64,000 nt of DNA from Obrimoposthia wandeli. Lineage: Eukaryota. Every line of letters begins with the position of its first letter. The stretch's first letter is position 1. The notes below the pieces were generated by a model. That model was given only the letters and a program-made list of their open reading frames with translations. It did no database searches and was not told the DNA's origin. This document shows, piece by piece, positions 1 through 8,584 of this stretch. Both the position numbers and the translations under genes were made by a program. The stretch spans positions 310,001 to 374,000 of the forward strand of contig CDROCS010001089.1 of the NCBI GenBank assembly GCA_977020255.1, in the 5' to 3' direction.

Positions 1-689
1 GAGACGAAATCAAAGCTATTTGCAAGCAGTTGATTGAAGTATGTGGCCTAGATAATGCGCTATTTCGTTTGTACGCATCACGCGGCCCAGGTGGTTTCAC
101 GCCAAATCCTTATGTTTCAATCGGTCCACAGTTGTACTTAATCGTTTCAACATTAAGCAACCCTGCTGCAACCCTTTATGATGATGGCGCTAAAATTGGT
201 TTCAGCCAAGTAGCGGTTAAAAGTGGCGGCATGGCGAAAACCAAATCATGTAATTACTTATCCAATGTACTGATGAGCAAAGAAGCGGTTGATAGCAAAC
301 TTAACTTTGTAATCAATGTAACTGAAGATGGTGATCTTGGTGAAGGCCCGACTGAAAACATCGCGTACTTAACACCTGAAAATGATTTGATCTTCTCAAG
401 TTTCGATCACACCTTAAGAGGCACTACGCTGTTAAGGCTACAAGAATTATCGCAGAAAATGGTTGAACAAGGCCTTATTCGCGAAATGAAAGAAGCGAAA
501 CAACAAGCTGATGGTCTAATGAACGCTAAAGAAATATTCATGGTTGGCACCACGCTAGATGCACTACCTGTAGTAGAAGTTGCAGGTAAGATGGTAGGTG
601 ACGGTAAGCCAGGCCCTGTTGCAAAAGCAGCACGTGCATTGCTTATTGAAGATCAGTTGACTAAAGGTACTGTGTTAGCTAACTGTTAA
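1..689 (+). CDS. PLP-dependent aminotransferase class IV (D-amino acid/branched-chain aminotransferase-like), 5'-truncated by window edge
   Basis: Frame is open from position 3 (DEIKAICKQL...). Motifs KSCNYLSNVL (PLP lysine), EGPTENI, LRGTT and final GKPGPV are typical of fold-type IV aminotransferases. Confidence 0.85.
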   Translation, partial: DEIKAICKQLIEVCGLDNALFRLYASRGPGGFTPNPYVSIGPQLYLIVSTLSNPAATLYDDGAKIGFSQVAVKSGGMAKTKSCNYLSNVLMSKEAVDSKLNFVINVTEDGDLGEGPTENIAYLTPENDLIFSSFDHTLRGTTLLRLQELSQKMVEQGLIREMKEAKQQADGLMNAKEIFMVGTTLDALPVVEVAGKMVGDGKPGPVAKAARALLIEDQLTKGTVLANC

Positions 690-713
690 TAGCTACTGCT
701 GATATGCGCACAG

Positions 714-756
714 CAAGATCAATTTAATCTAATAGATGAAATTGATCTTGTTTTGT
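714..756. terminator. Hairpin between convergent genes, probable intrinsic terminator
   Basis: CAAGATCAATTT (714-725) / AAATTGATCTTG (739-750) perfect inverted repeat followed by TTTTGT. Confidence 0.6.
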
Positions 757-804
757 AACGCTCAGCGTTTTGCAATTTTCACAGCTTTTAATATTTTTAC
801 AACA

Positions 805-1524
805 TTAAGCGATTTTACGTTCTACTGTCGCAGCTACCATTCTTGTCAAACTAGTTAAGTCGTACACTGGTAAGTTAAAACGCTGCTGCACTTGTGGTGC
901 GAAGTGTGATAAATCAGTACATTCTAAAATGATAGAACCTAGATCAGGATTTTCACTGATCAAATTCTCGATCACTGTGAATAATTCATTGCGAAAAATA
1001 TCTACATCAAAATCATTGTGCTTAGCATCCAATATTACGTCTGCAAACTGTGGCTGATGCTGCATACCGGCTAGTGCGATAGGGATGTTCTGTGCACCCA
1101 CGGCTGCAAGATGATCTTCAGAAAGCGCATCACTATTAGCCACAACCACGCCCACTTTACGATGACGCCCAAGGCTGTTATAAACCATAGGGATTTGTAT
1201 CAAGCTTGAAATAAATACCGGAATATCAACAGCATCTGCTATTTCTCGCTGAAATAAAGCTAAGAAACCACAGCTGGCTGTAATCGCTTTAACCCCTTCG
1301 CGTTCGAGTTCTTGTGCCGCTTCAATAAAAGGCTGCAATAACGCAGGATCTCGCTGACCGATTAAACGGGCAATCGTGGCACCCTTTACTGTTTTGTACA
1401 ATACTGGAAAATCAAAACCGGCTGGGTGCTTAATGTGACCAAGCGGCTTTGGAAAATAAGATTCTAAGCAAATAACCCCAATTGGGATGCTGTAATAGTT
1501 AAAACCGCCTTTTAAAATTGTCAT
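805..1524 (-). CDS. Asp/Glu/hydantoin racemase family protein
   Basis: 239 aa; two-cysteine motifs ITASCGF and ILECTDL; AAGGA ribosome-binding site upstream of ATG. Confidence 0.75.
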   Translation of the reverse strand: MTILKGGFNYYSIPIGVICLESYFPKPLGHIKHPAGFDFPVLYKTVKGATIARLIGQRDPALLQPFIEAAQELEREGVKAITASCGFLALFQREIADAVDIPVFISSLIQIPMVYNSLGRHRKVGVVVANSDALSEDHLAAVGAQNIPIALAGMQHQPQFADVILDAKHNDFDVDIFRNELFTVIENLISENPDLGSIILECTDLSHFAPQVQQRFNLPVYDLTSLTRMVAATVERKIA

Positions 1525-1597
1525 ACTTATCCTTTGTGTAATGATCTATAAATAATTCTTGTCTATGATTCTAATTCTAATTAACTAGCTCTAACTC

Positions 1598-2872
1598 TTA
1601 GTTAAAACGCTCTGCGCTAAAAGCGCTGATATCCACTGCTGGCGTCTTACCTGTCACTAAATCAGTAACTACTTGGCCAGTCACTGATGCTAGCGTTAAG
1701 CCTAAATGGCCATGCCCAAAAGCTAAGGTAACATTCGGTTTCGCTTTCATTTTAGCAATCACCGGTAATGAGTCAGGTGTGGTTGGACGACTTCCTACCC
1801 AGCTTGATTCAACACTTACATCATCACCAAGCATGGCTTTAGCATGGCCTAGCATTACTGCTTTGCGCCGTTCGCTTGGAGCGCTATCAAGATGTGTATA
1901 TTCAGCAGTACCTGCTACTCTAATGCCTGATTGCATCGGTGTCATATGCACCCCTTGGTTCATCCACGCTATTGGTCGCGTTAGCTGGTTGTCACCCGCT
2001 TTTAACATCAAGTGGTAACCTCGCTCGCACACTTGTGGAATCTCCAGTTGTAGCTGGGAAACCAGCTGCTTAGTGGCTGCACCTGTTGCGACGACTAATT
2101 GATCAAAGGTGTGCGTCGCCCCTGCACTGTGTAGTGTCACTTGCTCAGCCGTTTGTGTAATCTGCGCTACTTTGTGCTGTAAAAAGACTCCACCATTTTC
2201 AATAAAATGCGAGAAAATAGATTGGCAATACGCAGAAGGATCAATGGTGTGACGAGTATTCGGATAATAAACGGCACCTGCACAATCGAGCTTAAGTTGT
2301 GGCTCAAGTTCTTTAATTTGCCCAGCATTTAGTAACTCTAGCGCTACGCCTTGTGCCTCGCGCTCTTTAAAGCTTGGCTTAGCGCTTTCAAAACTAGCAG
2401 CGTTTGAAAACATACCCATAAAGCCTTGCTGGATAATTAAATTCTGGCTATTGGTGGCTTCTATAACCGCCTTGTCTGCTTCGTGGGCAAGGCTATGTAA
2501 GTTTAATAAGCCCTGCTTACCCGCTTCATAACGCGATTTGCGGCAGGCTTTAAAGTATTGCATGCCATAGCGCAATAATTGTGGTGTGTAGCTTGGGTCT
2601 ATCGCTAAAGGACTTTGTCTATCTAGCAACATTTTTGGTATTTTGCGCAGCATCGCGTAATTAGCAAATGGTAATCTGCCGTAATCTGCAAATAATCCGG
2701 CATTACCAAAAGACGCACCTAAGCCTGGCTTTTCGGTATCGATTAAGGTGACAGTCACGCCTGCGCGCTGCAGCCAAAAAGCACAGTTTAGCCCGACGAT
2801 GCCCGCGCCAAGTATCGCTACACTTAATGCAGGTGCTGCCTGAGAGTGATTATCTACCGAATCCTGTTTCAT
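1598..2872 (-). CDS. FAD-dependent D-amino acid dehydrogenase/oxidase (DadA family)
   Basis: GAGIVG Rossmann motif, SFGNAG, ERGYHL, GSRPTTPDSLPVI, GHGHLGLT. Confidence 0.85.
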   Translation of the reverse strand: MKQDSVDNHSQAAPALSVAILGAGIVGLNCAFWLQRAGVTVTLIDTEKPGLGASFGNAGLFADYGRLPFANYAMLRKIPKMLLDRQSPLAIDPSYTPQLLRYGMQYFKACRKSRYEAGKQGLLNLHSLAHEADKAVIEATNSQNLIIQQGFMGMFSNAASFESAKPSFKEREAQGVALELLNAGQIKELEPQLKLDCAGAVYYPNTRHTIDPSAYCQSIFSHFIENGGVFLQHKVAQITQTAEQVTLHSAGATHTFDQLVVATGAATKQLVSQLQLEIPQVCERGYHLMLKAGDNQLTRPIAWMNQGVHMTPMQSGIRVAGTAEYTHLDSAPSERRKAVMLGHAKAMLGDDVSVESSWVGSRPTTPDSLPVIAKMKAKPNVTLAFGHGHLGLTLASVTGQVVTDLVTGKTPAVDISAFSAERFN

Positions 2873-2876
2873 GCAA

Positions 2877-3239
2877 TCAGTGTCCTTTTGCTGAAGGTTC
2901 GGCAGCAGTTACTTGTATTTCGACAGCCAACTCAACTCTAGCCAAACGCGCTTCTACACAAGCGCGCACTGGTGGATTTTCAACATCTACCCAGCTATCC
3001 CATATTTCATTCATTAGTGCGAATTGGCGAATATCGCTCAACCAAATATTGGCACTAAGCACATCGCTCTTCTCGCAACCGGCTTGCGCTAGCAGATCAT
3101 CAATTTGTTGTAGTATTTGGCGTGTCTGGCCCTGTACATCTTCGCTAGCATCTTTGGCAACTTGGCCACAAAGCAATACTGTGCCGTTATAACTGACTAT
3201 TTGGCTCATACGTGGAGTTTTGTTTAATCTATTTATCAT
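2877..3239 (-). CDS. RidA/YjgF/UK114 family imine/enamine deaminase (YoaB-like)
   Basis: RMSQIVSYNGTVLLCGQV, NEIWDSW, PVRACVEARL (catalytic Arg present), VEIQVTAA. The second ATG (3239) fits family length better than 3263. Confidence 0.88.
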   Translation of the reverse strand: MINRLNKTPRMSQIVSYNGTVLLCGQVAKDASEDVQGQTRQILQQIDDLLAQAGCEKSDVLSANIWLSDIRQFALMNEIWDSWVDVENPPVRACVEARLARVELAVEIQVTAAEPSAKGH

Positions 3240-3327
3240 GTCGTTTTGCTCTCGGTTTATCATTCGTTTTGGCTGTGAAGCTCACTTCATTAAAATCACT
3301 AGCTATATATAAAATTACTACTTAGTA

Positions 3328-3342
3328 TTATGAACTTCATAA
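3328..3342. promoter_or_regulatory. Putative LysR operator (T-N11-A palindrome)
   Basis: TTATGAA-C-TTCATAA perfect inverted repeat in the divergent ridA/lysR spacer. Confidence 0.55.
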
Positions 3343-4310
3343 ATTTTAATTATATTTTATTACAAGCATTCAGGAGCAGCACGCTTATCAACCTTCGACA
3401 AATGGAAGCTTTTCGCGCCGTCATACTCTCTGGCTCTGTCTCACAAGCGGCAAAGCAACTTTATAAAAGCCAGCCTGCTGTGAGTATGCTAATCAATCAG
3501 TTAGAAGAAAATGTTGGATTCCAACTGTTTGAGCGCCGAAAAAAAAGGCTCTACCCAACGCCTGAAGCGCACTACTTATATAACGAAGTAGAATCTATTT
3601 TCAGCCGTATTCAAGATGTTTCTCAAACCGTTAAAGATATTAAAAACAAACAGTTTGGCTTTTTGCGTATTGGTTGTATGCCCGGGCCGTCTAACTTTTT
3701 CATGCCCGATTTAGTCGCTGATTTTCTGGAAAAACATCCTAAAGTTCAGATATCGATGCAAACGCGCACCTCTGATGGCGTCAAAGAATGGATTGCTTCT
3801 AGCCAGTACGACATTGGTTTAGCAGAGATTTCTTCTCAAGAAAACAGCTTTGAGAGCGAATCCTTTGAACTCGATTGCCTGTGTGCAATTCCAGCGTCCC
3901 ATCCTTTAGCAAACGAAACGGTGATCACTCCACAATTATTAGATAATCAACCGATGATCACTTTGCATCCAGATCACATGACCTTTCATGATTTACAAAA
4001 GGCTTTTTCCAAGCATAAAAGTCGTCTTAACGTGCGTTTACAAACACGTTTCTTTATCCCTGCGCTGCGTTTTGTGGAGCGTGATTTGGGCTTTTGTGTC
4101 ATGGATCCAATTTCTATTGCGAGTTACTGCAGCTACAGCCAGCCGGGGAAAATTGTCTTTCGAAAATTCACCCCTAACATCGCTCTAAAAGTGAATATTT
4201 TGTATCCAGCTGATACACCAAGATCGCGTATCACTTTAGCCTTTGCTCAACAAGTACGTGAAAAACTCACTTCATTGATCGAACACCCTGACCAATTTAC
4301 TCAGTGGTAA
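3330..4310 (+). CDS. LysR family transcriptional regulator (true start uncertain, about 3381-3402)
   Basis: NLRQMEAFRAVILSGSVSQAAKQLYKSQPAVS HTH, LFER motif, LRIG substrate-binding domain; divergent from ridA. Confidence 0.9.
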   Translation: MNFINFNYILLQAFRSSTLINLRQMEAFRAVILSGSVSQAAKQLYKSQPAVSMLINQLEENVGFQLFERRKKRLYPTPEAHYLYNEVESIFSRIQDVSQTVKDIKNKQFGFLRIGCMPGPSNFFMPDLVADFLEKHPKVQISMQTRTSDGVKEWIASSQYDIGLAEISSQENSFESESFELDCLCAIPASHPLANETVITPQLLDNQPMITLHPDHMTFHDLQKAFSKHKSRLNVRLQTRFFIPALRFVERDLGFCVMDPISIASYCSYSQPGKIVFRKFTPNIALKVNILYPADTPRSRITLAFAQQVREKLTSLIEHPDQFTQW

Positions 4311-4318
4311 ACAACCAG

Positions 4319-4476
4319 GAGGCTGCCCGAGAACAGACTGATCTACTGCGATCTAGTCTATTTGGCCAAATTTAACGTTCATTTTCGTTATGTAGAACAA
4401 CTATTCGCCTCAAATGAACCCTAAATTTGACTAAAATAACCTAACTCTCGCAACATCGCAGTTCTCGGACAGCCTC
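4319..4476. mobile_element. Putative MITE (non-autonomous IS derivative), 158 bp
   Basis: Terminal inverted repeats GAGGCTGCCCGAGAAC / GTTCTCGGACAGCCTC (1 mismatch in 16), flanked by CCAG and CTAG; no coding capacity. Confidence 0.55.
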
Positions 4477-4480
4477 CTAG

Positions 4481-4501
4481 CCTTGTGCTAATAGCACAAG
4501 G
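4481..4501. terminator. Hairpin between convergent lysR and tctC
   Basis: CCTTGTGCTA-A-TAGCACAAGG perfect inverted repeat. Confidence 0.5.
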
Positions 4502-4530
4502 CAGCTGTCGAATACCTAAGCTTTGATTTC

Positions 4531-5493
4531 TTACTTCTTAACTTTTGCTGCTGCTTCTTTCATGATTTGTGAAGTTTCAGTCATGTCTGCAATCCACTTT
4601 TCGCCATTTCTAAAGTCAACAATAGCGCCCATGTTCGCGTACGCTTTTAAAACTTTAGGATCTTTCATCGCTTTAGTTGTTGCAGCGATTAGCTTGTCTA
4701 CAACTTCCTGTGGAACGCCTTTTGGTGCAAAAATACCAGACCAACCTTCAAAGCTGCCTTTAATGCCAAACTCTGCGAATGTTGGTACGCCTGGGTATAG
4801 ATCCATTTTCTGGTTCATTACCAATACACGTGCACGATCCGCTTTTACATGAGGACCAAATGCAGGTGGGAATGACACGGCCGAATCTATATGTCCGCCA
4901 ATAACTGAAACCATTGATTCAGCTGTGGTATTACCGTGTACATACTTAGGTGTGTAACCCGCTTGATCAGCGATGATGTTCGCTAAAATAGTTCCTGAAG
5001 ATGCCGCGCCCCAAGACCCTTGTGTCAATCTATTTGCCTTTGCACCAGCAATGAACTCTGGGAATGTTTTATAAGGGCTGTCTTTAGCAACAACTACGCC
5101 TAAAGGCACTGCAGTCATTTTAAGAATTGGCGTAAAGCTGTTAAAGCTGTATGGCGTTTTACTAAAATTAGGTGTTACTAACATGTTGCCTAAACCAGCA
5201 TTGATCAGGGTGTAGCCATCTTTCTTTGAATTGGCAACAAAAGAAGTACCAACGATACCGCCCGCACCTTTTTTGTTTATAACGATTACCGGTACGCCCA
5301 GTTCTTTCTCAACGGCATCAGCCCAAACACGCGTTGTTAAATCTGAATCACCACCAGCTCCATAAGGAACGATGATTTTGATAGGCTTTTCAGGATATCC
5401 TGCAACCGCTGCGCTTGACGCTAAGCAGATGCCAATGGCCGAGATTAATGTCGTTACTTTAGTATTAAATAGTTTCATTTGGTAATGCCTCAT
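4531..5493 (-). CDS. tctC: Tripartite tricarboxylate transporter substrate-binding protein (TctC/Bug family)
   Basis: Signal peptide, YPEKPIKIIVPYGAGGDSD, NKKGAGGIVG, DGYTL, GWSGIFAPKGVP. Confidence 0.9.
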   Translation of the reverse strand: MRHYQMKLFNTKVTTLISAIGICLASSAAVAGYPEKPIKIIVPYGAGGDSDLTTRVWADAVEKELGVPVIVINKKGAGGIVGTSFVANSKKDGYTLINAGLGNMLVTPNFSKTPYSFNSFTPILKMTAVPLGVVVAKDSPYKTFPEFIAGAKANRLTQGSWGAASSGTILANIIADQAGYTPKYVHGNTTAESMVSVIGGHIDSAVSFPPAFGPHVKADRARVLVMNQKMDLYPGVPTFAEFGIKGSFEGWSGIFAPKGVPQEVVDKLIAATTKAMKDPKVLKAYANMGAIVDFRNGEKWIADMTETSQIMKEAAAKVKK

Positions 5494-5576
5494 TGTTGTT
5501 ATTAATTACAGGTTTTGTACTGTTTAATTGTCGATCTTTTAAATTACTTTCATTTGCGAGTACCTTTACTGAGTAC

Positions 5577-7070
5577 TCACTGTTTTGCATGTTTACGCTT
5601 CAAGTGCACACTAGAGCCTACAAAGAAGGCGGCTAGCGCGATAAAGACCCAAGCAAAAGGAGAGGCAACAAATAGGTAATAATCGTCACCTACAATCGCT
5701 AACGCTTGATCTAAGTTTTGTTCTAAGAAAGGCGTTAAGATAAAGCCAATAATAAATACCGCAGGGTTTAAGCCAATTAAACGCATGGCATAACCGATAA
5801 TAGTGAAGACGATTAAAATAAGTACGTCGTCCATGTTCTGTGCTGAAGTGAAAGCACCTGCAAAGGCAAATACGGTGACACATGGGAATATAAAGTAGCG
5901 CTTAAGCGAGGCCACTTTAGTGAAGAACCTAAAGCCCGAACGCGCAATTACTAACAAGAATAAATCGGTGAGCAAAAAGCCTGCAAAAATGGCATAAATA
6001 GTTTCTGTGTGCTCAAAGAAGATCATTGGCCCGGGAGTTAAACCGTGAATTAAGAAAGCGCCCATTAACAGTGCAGCAACATCATCACCTGGAATACTTA
6101 GTGTCAACATAGGTATCAAGCTTGAACCACACACTGCATTGTTAGCAGATTCTGCGGCTGCAATTCCCTCAACAGAACCTTTACCAAATTTTTCAGGCTC
6201 TTTTGAGGTGCGTTTTGCTTCCCCGTACGCTATGAAAGCTGCGGTACTAGAACCCAGCCCCGGAAGTGCGCCGATAAAAGTACCTATGCCAGTGGATTTC
6301 AAAATAGTACCGAATAAGCTGCGATACTCTTTCCAACTAATTCTGTTATCGTCTTTATTGGCTGATTTTGTCAGCGATATTTCGTGTTCGGGCAAATGCC
6401 TTCGCCTAATCACATTGATGATTTCTGGCATCACTAAGATACCGATTAATAAGGGAATAAAGGTGAATCCAGCCATGAGCTCAGTCACACCAAAGGTGAA
6501 GCGTGATGCACCGGTAATGGAAGATAAACCGACCATTGCAAAGATCATCCCCAAGCAGCAAGAGAGCAAGCCGCGCGAGATAGATTCACCTGCTAATGAG
6601 CCAATAACCGTGAAAGCAAAGAGCAGCAAAAATACTTTTTCAATAGGCCCTGCTTGCAGGGAAATGACTGATATAGGCGCCGCGATAAAGATCAACACAA
6701 TTGTCGCTAACGCTTCACCCGTTACGGATGAGAACAGTGATATATCTAACGCTTTACCGGCCTTACCCATTTTAGTTAGCGCGTGGCCATCTTGCGCGGT
6801 TAAAAAAGAAGCGGCGGCGCCGGGTGTATTTATCAGTATTGCCGAAATAGACCCGCCATATATACTGGCCTTATAAACGGCTAGCAGCATGGTAATGCCA
6901 ATAATTGGATCTACATAAAAAGTTAGCGGCAAAATAATTGAAATGGCCATAATCCCTGATATGCCAGGAATAGCGCCAAAGATAATACCGACCAAAACGC
7001 CTGCTATAATCCCTAGAATAGGGCCTACTGCGAGAATTGAGGCAAAACCATTTATAATATTGTCAAACAT
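5577..7070 (-). CDS. tctA: Tripartite tricarboxylate transporter permease (TctA family)
   Basis: 497 aa polytopic; GAIPGISG, YGGSISAILINTPG, GALPGLG, AAESANNA, LSIPGD repeats. Confidence 0.92.
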   Translation of the reverse strand: MFDNIINGFASILAVGPILGIIAGVLVGIIFGAIPGISGIMAISIILPLTFYVDPIIGITMLLAVYKASIYGGSISAILINTPGAAASFLTAQDGHALTKMGKAGKALDISLFSSVTGEALATIVLIFIAAPISVISLQAGPIEKVFLLLFAFTVIGSLAGESISRGLLSCCLGMIFAMVGLSSITGASRFTFGVTELMAGFTFIPLLIGILVMPEIINVIRRRHLPEHEISLTKSANKDDNRISWKEYRSLFGTILKSTGIGTFIGALPGLGSSTAAFIAYGEAKRTSKEPEKFGKGSVEGIAAAESANNAVCGSSLIPMLTLSIPGDDVAALLMGAFLIHGLTPGPMIFFEHTETIYAIFAGFLLTDLFLLVIARSGFRFFTKVASLKRYFIFPCVTVFAFAGAFTSAQNMDDVLILIVFTIIGYAMRLIGLNPAVFIIGFILTPFLEQNLDQALAIVGDDYYLFVASPFAWVFIALAAFFVGSSVHLKRKHAKQ

Positions 7071-7124
7071 ATGGATCCTTACTTAAGACAGTTATTAGTT
7101 ATTTTTAGTGATGCTTAATTTGTT

Positions 7125-7592
7125 TTAAGATAAAGACCAAGTGGGTAAATAGACTCGTAAAAAATGGATCGATCCATAGAAAACCATCGCAGGCACCACT
7201 ATCGATACCGTTGTCATAGCGACCCAACGACGCCCACCTAGCAACACTGCCACTGCCATCATTACAAACGGTGTTACCAGCAAGAAACCAACTAAAGGCA
7301 CTAAAAACCAGTAGCCAATGAAAATGGCAACATACAAGTTCACACCCCAAAAACCGCTTAAACTAATCCCTTCGTTTGCCGCCATAGGCTCTTTTTGCAG
7401 TAATTTCGAAACTGAGCTACCACCGATAAATAAAGCGAACGCAATAATAAAACAGGCAACAATACGCGGTAGAAATAATGATCCAAGATCTGTTTCAGCG
7501 CCGCCTTGGGTTAAATTGTCGTTTGTTAAGATAATGATTGAGGCGATGATTAGAATCGTCATCACCACGATATCTACTTTTCTTCTATCCAT
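7125..7592 (-). CDS. tctB: Tripartite tricarboxylate transporter small subunit (TctB family)
   Basis: 155 aa with about 4 TM helices, FLPR motif, C-terminal LRVYLP, directly upstream of tctA. Confidence 0.85.
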   Translation of the reverse strand: MDRRKVDIVVMTILIIASIIILTNDNLTQGGAETDLGSLFLPRIVACFIIAFALFIGGSSVSKLLQKEPMAANEGISLSGFWGVNLYVAIFIGYWFLVPLVGFLLVTPFVMMAVAVLLGGRRWVAMTTVSIVVPAMVFYGSIHFLRVYLPTWSLS

Positions 7593-7668
7593 AAGGCTCT
7601 CCTAAATTTATTATTATAGCCTTGTAAAGGGCCTGCGAAATTATACGCAGTGAGTCTGGTATATATTC

Positions 7669-7841
7669 ACTAAAACTCATTGCTGTCCGGTTAAAAAATG
7701 TAAGCCCTCTAACTCATTGATTTGTGGCTTTCTATCATTGATAAATAGATATTTTTTAGCTAAAGCGTATTCGCTGCTAACGTAAAATCAATGAGTTAGA
7801 GAGCAACAAAAGTTAAACCGGACACTAATGACTAAAACTCA
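7669..7841. repeat. 48-bp imperfect inverted repeat bracketed by an 11-bp direct repeat; contains two IHF-consensus sites
   Basis: Arms 7676-7723 and 7785-7832; ACTAAAACTCA at 7669-7679 and 7831-7841; WATCAANNNNTTR matches at 7710-7722 (minus) and 7786-7798 (plus). Confidence 0.6.
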
Positions 7842-8584
7842 GTGATAACGGTGCTTTTTAATTTAAAAAAGTGATGTTCGCCCAATAACGGTAATTTATA
7901 TTTTTATGTTAAGGGCTGTTACATTTCATGCATTAATCCAATTTTTTTAAACTGAATTTAGATTCAATATATTCTGTGAAAAACATAATTACAAATAGCA
8001 TTTTTTTAACATATCATCATTTTTTCTTATGAACTTATTTTTATAGTGTGCAATTAATGAGTTAACACACAAAGCAAAGCAAACTGAGTAGACGGTTGTT
8101 GGTAGCTGCTTGCTTAAGTGATGCTGATCAGTGCTGAATGTCAAAAAGCGAGAATAGAGTATTTGCCTTAAAAAAAAGAGTAGACCTAAACATAAAATGA
8201 GACAGAAAAATAAGGAAAGGTTTTAATAATAAGGAGGTGCAATAAAATAAAGAAAGAATTAAACAAAAGAGTAGTGAGTAAATAGACTAAGAGAAGCGCA
8301 CTTCCATGTGCTGATTTGCTAACGTTAAGTACTAGCGATTTGGATAACGCATAACCCTACCCTATGTAGGAAATGTATTACGCTGCCATCGGTTAGCAAA
8401 AACTTCCTCAGCAAGTATAAATGAATGTGCAATTATGACGAAATCAAAATTTATAATTTAACATCATAAAACTCCACACATCAGTATACATCAGGCCTCG
8501 CTGGGTTTTATTTTTTGTAAAGCGGGCCATTAATTATGCAGAAACGGCTATTTTTTATACTAAACTTAGCCAAGGCTATTAATC

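Noticed and set aside
6139-6876. 245-aa plus-strand ORF and the many other 60-125 aa ORFs antisense to or nested in recognised genes (e.g. 1779-2018, 2827-3192, 4523-4852, 11410-11724, 20461-20775, 28717-29025, 39436-39795, 49417-49791)
   Set aside because: They fully overlap well-supported genes on the opposite strand or in another frame and have no recognisable motifs; typical shadow ORFs.
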